Source of the DNA: Octopus sinensis
Taxonomy: Eukaryota
Length of the DNA: 15,887 nt
NCBI RefSeq assembly: GCF_006345805.1
Contig: NW_021825521.1
Span: 1 to 15,887 of the forward strand
Reading direction: 5' to 3'
The notes under the pieces were generated by a model. It did not search any database and was not told the DNA's origin. It was given only the letters and a program-made list of their open reading frames with translations. The first letter of the stretch is position 1, and every line of letters begins with the position of its first letter. The translations under genes were made by a program, and so were the position numbers. Shown here piece after piece: positions 9,995 through 15,887 of this stretch.

Positions 9995-10214
9995 CTAAGC
10001 AATTAAGGGTTTAGCAACAAATTGCCTCACCACACACCGAATTTAGAAATAGCAGTCAAAGAGTTATAGCTATTCTTTCTACTAAAAGGGGATCTCAGTT
10101 GCTAAACCCTTAATTGCTTAGTATTACTTAAATTTTCCTCGAATGAGGCTTTTACATGCCGAAATCTACTTGGTGTAATTAATAATTATTCCAAATTAAT
10201 TAATTTCACCCTTT
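9993..10214. mobile_element. Truncated, internally inverted relative of the 594-bp array unit
   Basis: 9993-10097 matches the unit start in array orientation. 10098-10214 is the reverse complement of the unit end plus the next unit start. A 26-bp perfect inverted repeat lies at 9993-10018 and 10098-10123. Both sides are flanked by (TA)n. Confidence 0.9.
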
Positions 10215-10224
10215 ATTGTTACTG

Positions 10225-10251
<27 letters not shown>
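10225..10251. repeat. (TA)n microsatellite
   Basis: Direct reading. Confidence 0.95.
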
Positions 10252-10258
<7 letters not shown>

Positions 10259-10284
10259 CGGATACTTACCAGGCTGAAAAAATG

Positions 10285-10378
10285 TACTTTAATGAGGTCA
10301 ATTGGTTCGACTAAAAATCCTGCAAGGCGGTAACCCAGCATGGCCGCAATTTAATGACTGAAAAAATTAAAAAAAGAA
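10285..10378 (+). mobile_element. SINE 3' tail fragment
   Basis: GTTCGACTAAAA...GGCGGT...CCAGCATGGCCGCA...AATGACTGAAA matches the 3' end of 11350-11756. Confidence 0.7.
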
Positions 10379-10762
10379 GAAGCAATATACGAAAATTGTC
10401 ATCGATGTCAACAACTTCTCCGTCCCGCTTTCACAAATTCAGCGAAACAGAAATGAAAGCACACACACACACACATATTGGCTGACCCACACACTCATAC
10501 AATTTCTTCAGAATGTCACGGTTTTAAGGTCAACATTTTTAAAGCATAAATAGCTACGAGTGTGCGTCTTTGCATGTATCTATATGTGTGGGTGTTTGTG
10601 CGTGTGTGAGCACAGTCCACCCATACCCATGTTGGTCGCATCGTCTCATTTGACCCAGCCACGAAATTTTTTTTCTCCCTCGAGTGTTCCGGATCCCATT
10701 AATGAACTAATTTGCATACAACCAGTCAGAGCTCACCTTCAACTTGTTCTCAGGTTAATAAA

Positions 10763-10931
10763 CAGGAGTGTCTGTATGGGAAGTAGCTCGCTTACCAACC
10801 ACATGGTTCCGGGTTCAATCCCACTACATGGCACCATGGGCAAATGTCTTCTACCATAGCCTACGGACCGACCAAAGCTTTGTCAGTGGATTTTGTACAC
10901 GGAAACAGAAGGAAGCCCGTCGTATATATGA

Positions 10932-10977
<46 letters not shown>

Positions 10978-11200
10978 GTGTGTGTGTATGTTACTGTGTC
11001 TGTGTTTGTCCTCCCAACATAGTTTCACAACCGATGCTGGTGTGTTTACGTCCCCATAACTTAGCGGTTCGGTATATAAGACCGATAGAATAAGTACTAG
11101 GTTTACAAATAATAGGTCCTCGGGTCGATCTACTGGACAAAAGTCGGTGCTCCAGCAAGGCCACAGTCAAATGACTGAAACATGTAAAAGAGTAAAAGAG
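10763..11200 (+). mobile_element. Full-length tRNA-derived SINE (same family as 4291-4703)
   Basis: End-to-end homology, internal (TA)(TATG)(TG) tract, AAAAGAGT tail. Confidence 0.9.
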
Positions 11201-11216
11201 TATACAATATATATAG

Positions 11217-11259
<43 letters not shown>

Positions 11260-11296
11260 CAACCATATATGTATACATATATATATATATATATAG
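11201..11296. repeat. (TA)n/(TACA) microsatellite
   Basis: Direct reading. Confidence 0.9.
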
Positions 11297-11349
11297 TTAT
11301 AATTCGGAATGGTCATTTTGCCAGTTTAGGCAAGAAATATATAAACATA

Positions 11350-11756
11350 GTCGCTGGAGTGGCAGTGTGGCTTGCTAACCAACCACATGGTTCTAGGTTC
11401 AGTCCCACTGCGTGGCATCTTGGGCAAGTGTCTTCTGCTATAGCCCCGGGCCGACCAAAGCCTTTTGAGTGGATTTGGTAGATGGAAACTGAAAGAAGCC
11501 TATCGTATACATGTACATATATATATATGTATGTGTGTGTTTGTGTGTCTGTGTTTGTCCTCCTAGCATTGCTTGACAACCGATGCTGGTGTGTGTACGT
11601 CCCCGTCACTTAGCGGTTCGGCAAAAGAGACCGATAGAATAAGTACTGGTCTTACAAAGAATAAGTCCCGGGGTCGATTTGCTCGACTAAAGGCGGTGCT
11701 CCAGCATGGCCGCAGTCAAATGACTGAAACAAGTAAAAAAAAAAAAGAAAAAAAAA
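11350..11756 (+). mobile_element. Full-length tRNA-derived SINE (same family), with a small deletion after the A-box and an A-rich tail
   Basis: End-to-end homology with 4291-4703 and 10763-11200. Confidence 0.9.
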
Positions 11757-11969
11757 TATATATATATATATAGATATAAGTAATACTAAGCAATAAAGGG
11801 TTTAGCAACGAATTGCCTTACCACATACCGAATTTAGAAATAGCAGTCAAAGAGTTATAGCTATTTCTTCTACTAAAAAGGGAGATCTCAGTAAAAACAG
11901 CAATTGGAAGGCAGACACAAACAGGTAAGAGAGAATGAATTGACGGCAATCTATCATACAATTTTAAGT

Positions 11970-12075
11970 TATCTACGGACGTACGTTTCGAAATCAAGTT
12001 TTTAGGAAAGCATAAGAATTAAATATTAAATAATTCTATCTTACCAAAAACTTCTTTTCTCTTCAGCGTAGAATA
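11970..12075 (-). ncRNA. Type I hammerhead ribozyme, unit 1
   Basis: Minus strand: UAUUCUACG-CUGAAGA-[70-nt stem II, G...C closed]-GAAA-C-GUAC-G-UC/CGUAGAUA. Stem I UCUACG pairs with CGUAGA. Predicted cleavage is between 11978 and 11977. Confidence 0.88.
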
Positions 12076-12563
12076 CTATAATCATAAATGATTATATATT
12101 GAATTTTGAGATACTAGAAGGCACCAACTCAACTCAGTATCAGAGCGAGCTAGAACCCGCAACTAGTATCACCAAATTCAATGCTTGAATGAAAGGATTG
12201 TGTCACCAGCCCCTTCCCACCCGCGTGTAGCCAAAACAAGATGCTGTGGTCATCTACTGAGATAAAATATGGTTATCCGTAATAATGAAGCGTGAAATTA
12301 ATTAATTTGGAATAATTATCAATTACACCAAGTAGTCTTCGGCATGTAAAAGCCTCATTCGAGGAAAATTTAAGTAATACTAAGCAATAAAGGGTTTAGC
12401 AACGAATTGCCTTACCACATACCGAATTTAGAAATAGCAGTCAAAGAGTTATAGCTATTTCTTCTACTAAAAAGGGAGATCTCAGTAAAAACAGCAATTG
12501 GAAGGCAGACACAAACAGGTAAGAGAGAATGAATTGACGGCAATCTATCATACAATTTTAAGT

Positions 12564-12669
12564 TATCCACGGACGTACGTTTCGAAATCAAGTTTTTAGG
12601 AAAGCATAAGAATTAAATATTAAATAATTCTATCTTACCAAAAACTTCTTTTCTCTTCAGCGTAGAATA
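12564..12669 (-). ncRNA. Type I hammerhead ribozyme, unit 2
   Basis: Same core. Stem I has a U-G wobble (CGUGGA). Predicted cleavage 12572/12571. Confidence 0.88.
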
Positions 12670-13154
12670 CTATAATCATAAATGATTATATATTGAATTT
12701 TGAGATACTAGAAGGCACCAACTCAACTCAGTATCAGAGCGAGCTAGAACCCGCAACTAGTATCACCAATTCAATGCTTGAATGAAAGGATTGTGTCACC
12801 AGCCCCTTCCCACCGCGTGTAGCCAAAACAAGATGCTGTGGTCATCTACTGAGATAAAATATGGTTATCCGTATAATGAAGCGTGAAATTAATTAATTTG
12901 GAATAATTATCAATTACACCAAGTAGTCTTCGGCATGTAAAAGCCTCATTCGAGGAAAATTTAAGTAATACTAAGCAATAAAGGGTTTAGCAACGAATTG
13001 CCTTACCACATACCGAATTTAGAAATAGCAGTCAAAGAGTTATAGCTATTTCTTCTACTAAAAAGGGAGATCTCAGTAAAAACAGCAATTGGAAGGCAGA
13101 CACAAACAGGTAAGAGAGAATGAATTGACGGCAATCTATCATACAATTTTAAGT

Positions 13155-13260
13155 TATCCACGGACGTACGTTTCGAAATCAAGTTTTTAGAAAGCATAAG
13201 AATTAAATATTAAATAATTCTATCTTACCAAAAACTTCTTTCTCTCAGCGTAGTAGAATA
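13155..13260 (-). ncRNA. Type I hammerhead motif, unit 3, core one base short
   Basis: Reads CUGAGAG instead of CUGAAGAG, with a 3-nt duplication in the 5' strand of stem I. This is either an inactive copy or a consensus error. Confidence 0.6.
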
Positions 13261-13756
13261 CTATAATCATAAATGATTATATATTGAATTTTGAGATACT
13301 AGAAGGCACCAACTCAACTCAGTATCAGAGCGAGCTAGAACCCGCAACTAGTATCACCAAATTCAATGCTTGAATGAAAGGATTGTGTCACCAGCCCCTT
13401 CCCACCGCGTGTAGCCAAAACAAGATGCTGTGGTCATCTACTGAGATAAAATATGGTTATCCGTAATAATGAAGGGTGAAGGTGAAATTAATTAATTGGA
13501 ATAATTATCAATTACACCAAGTAGTCTTCGGCATGTAAAAGCCTCATTCGAGGAAAATTTAAGTAATACTAAGCAATAAAGGGTTTAGCAACGAATTGCC
13601 TTACCACATACCGAATTTAGATTAGAAATAGCAGTCAAAGAGTTATAGCTATTTCTTCTACTAAAAAGGGAGATCTCAGTAAAAACAGCAATAGGAAGGC
13701 AGACACAAACAGGTAGAGAGAATGAATTGACGGCAATCTATCATACAATTTTAAGT

Positions 13757-13861
13757 TATCTACGGACGTACGTTTCGAAATCAAGTTTTTAGGAAGCATA
13801 AGAATTAAATATTAAATAATTCTATCTTACCAAAAACTTCTTTTCTCTTCAGCGTAGAATA
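13757..13861 (-). ncRNA. Type I hammerhead ribozyme, unit 4
   Basis: Intact CUGAAGA, GAAA and GUC, Watson-Crick stem I. Predicted cleavage 13765/13764. Confidence 0.88.
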
Positions 13862-14345
13862 CTATAATCATAAATGATTATATATGAATTTTGAGATACT
13901 AGAAGGCACCAACTCAACTCAGTATCAGAGCGAGCTAGAACCCGCAACTAGTTTCACCAAATTCAATGCTTGAATGAAAGGATTGTGTCACCAGCCCCTT
14001 CCCACCCGCGTGTAGCCAAAACAAGATGCTGTGGTCATCTACTGAGATAAAATATGGTTATCCGTATAATGAAGGGTGAAATTAATTAATTTGGAATAAT
14101 ATCAATTACACCAAGTAGTCTTCGGCATGTAAAAGCCTCATTCGAGGAAAATTTAAGTAATACTAAGCATAAAGGGTTTAGCAACGAATTGCCTTACCAC
14201 ATACCGAATTTAGAAATAGCAGTCAAAGAGTTATAGCTATTTCTTCTACTAAAAAGGGAGATCTCAGTAAAAACAGCAATTGGAAGGCAGACACAAACAG
14301 GTAAGAGAGAATGAATTGACGGCAATCTATCATACAATTTTAAGT

Positions 14346-14451
14346 TATCCACGGACGTACGTTTCGAAATCAAGTTTTAAGGAAAGCATAAGAATTAAAT
14401 ATTAAATAATTCTATCTTACCAAAAACTTCTTTTCTCTTCAGCGTAGAATA
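14346..14451 (-). ncRNA. Type I hammerhead ribozyme, unit 5
   Basis: Intact core, U-G wobble in stem I. Predicted cleavage 14354/14353. Confidence 0.88.
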
Positions 14452-14767
14452 CTATAATCATAAATGATTATATATTGAATTTTGAGATACTAGAAGGCAC
14501 CAACTCAACTCAGTATCAGAGCGAGCTAGAACCCGCAACTAGTTTCACCAAATTCAATGCTTGAATGAAAGGATTGTGTCACCAGCCCCTTCCCACCCGC
14601 GTGTAGCCAAAACAAGATGCTGTGGTCATCTACTGAGATAAAATATAGTTATCCGTAATAATGAAGGGTGAAATTAATTAATTTGGAATAATTATCAATT
14701 ACACCAAGTAGTCTTCGGCATGTAAAAGCCTCATTCGAGGAAAATTTAAGTAATACTAAGCAATAAA

Positions 14768-14908
14768 TGTATCTATATATCTATATATCTATCTATCTAT
14801 TTATCTATCTATCTTTATATATACCTTTATAAATGTCTATATATATCTTTATACATACATACATACATACTACATACTACATACATAATACATACATACA
14901 TACATAGG
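14768..14908. repeat. (TATC)n/(TACA)n compound microsatellite
   Basis: Direct reading; abuts the array end. Confidence 0.9.
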
Positions 14909-15318
14909 TTGTATATACTCAGACACGCATATCTGAAACAAAATAATAACAAAGGTTTGTACTAGATATTGTTGTTACTTTATATAGTTGTGGTGTGTAA
15001 TTAAATGTAAATTATAAGCTAGTCGATGTTTAATTGTTAAAGGTATCAGCAGGAAGCTTGCATGCGTATGTGGTGTCTCTTGGTGTGCCAATGCTCGTGT
15101 CCCCTTCGCAAGCGAAAAACGAACCCATTTTTCAATTTGAAACTCTCACGTCGTTTTTATGGACGCAAGGGAAGTGATTCTAGATGTTATTTTTTATACC
15201 CTCCAGGCTTCATCAGGTGTCTTGGGGAAATTTGAAACCTGAGTTCACATTCCTAAGGTATTTTATGTACCTGTATCTCTACTTATATTTCTCTCTTCCT
15301 CTCTCTCTACTCGCACTC

Positions 15319-15341
15319 ATATATGTATATATACGATATAT

Positions 15342-15422
<81 letters not shown>

Positions 15423-15507
15423 TATATATATATATATATATATAATATATATAGAGAGAGAGAGAGAGAGAGATAGATAGATAGATAGATAGATAGACAG
15501 ACAGACA
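15319..15507. repeat. (TA)n-(GA)n-(GATA)n-(GACA)n compound microsatellite
   Basis: Direct reading; it explains the spurious YI-rich ORFs. Confidence 0.95.
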
Positions 15508-15887
15508 CAAAGTACAAACACAAGTAGTGTGTATGTTCATACACTTCTTGTGCGCCTGTATGAATAGCAGACAATAACAAAAGAAGATCCAAAAATTAAC
15601 GAGAAATATCATAGAAGCCAGAATATTTTTTGTCTTTGGAAAAGGTGAAGATATATTTATGCCTCACTTAAGTTTAATACCTCAAATATTCCTTCGAACT
15701 CAAACGACTTCAATTTGGCAATACGTCAGTCTCTTGCGATGTCCATTGATAGTACCAAGATCAGACATTCAAAGTTACTTCTTTGCAATTAGAGAAGGGT
15801 TTTTTCACACACAACATATCCTGGGGTTCCAGAGTGGGGAGCAAAGACAATTTTATCATTTTCACCCCTACAGGTAAAACTCAAACC

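Larger units (their letters stand above)
11777..14767 (-). repeat. Tandem array of five ~594-bp non-coding units plus a 21-bp terminal redundancy; hammerhead-bearing satellite or retrozyme-like element
   Basis: The marker TAAGTAATACTAAG starts at 11777, 12371, 12962, 13560, 14154 and 14747 (periods 594, 591, 598, 594, 593). Units are nearly identical, with no credible ORF. Confidence 0.97.

Noticed and set aside
10138-10170. Second hammerhead-like motif CGAATGA-GGC-TTTTACAT-GCC-GAAA (also on the minus strand of each array unit, e.g. 12332-12364, as GCC-GAAG)
   Set aside because: The core lacks U4/G5 (CGAAUGA versus CUGANGA), array copies have GAAG, and I could not form stems I and III. At most a vestige.
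771-11773. Recurrent ORFs with CHAVGLNPEPCG, HMVPGS or YIYI strings
   Set aside because: They are translations of SINE copies and microsatellites, not genes.
11777-14767. CRISPR array or protein-coding repeat interpretation of the tandem array
   Set aside because: There are no unique spacers, the context is eukaryotic, units are 594 bp, and the one listed ORF (13003-13197) has no recognisable motif.
15600-15887. Coding-looking sequence at the window end (ORF 15659-15877; minus frame IVFAPHSG...)
   Set aside because: No recognisable domain on the plus strand, and the minus frame has several stops with only a vague resemblance to a LINE endonuclease.

Overview
AT-rich, repeat-dense animal genomic DNA. 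The SINE and microsatellite content looks like an octopus/cephalopod genome, which is an inference from my recall of the repeats. Most ORFs in the supplied track are spurious. Left half (1-8.9 kb, + strand): the 3' end of a spliced gene. Three short homologous phase-1 exons (24-74, 2865-2936, 5954-6025), each in a duplicated intronic block, plus a terminal exon (7943-8142) splice into one open frame ending in a C-terminal death domain. The introns hold tRNA-derived SINEs, a decayed non-LTR reverse transcriptase split by a SINE, an RTE-clade 3' fragment and a 66-bp-arm fold-back. Right half: SINEs, (TA)n tracts and a non-coding tandem array of five ~594-bp units (11777-14767). Each unit carries a type I hammerhead ribozyme motif on the minus strand (CUGAAGA...GAAA-C-GUAC-G-UC cleavage site, long stem II; the core is one base short in unit 3). 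This fits a retrozyme or Penelope-associated ribozyme satellite. A related, inverted, junction-spanning fragment lies at 9993-10214.
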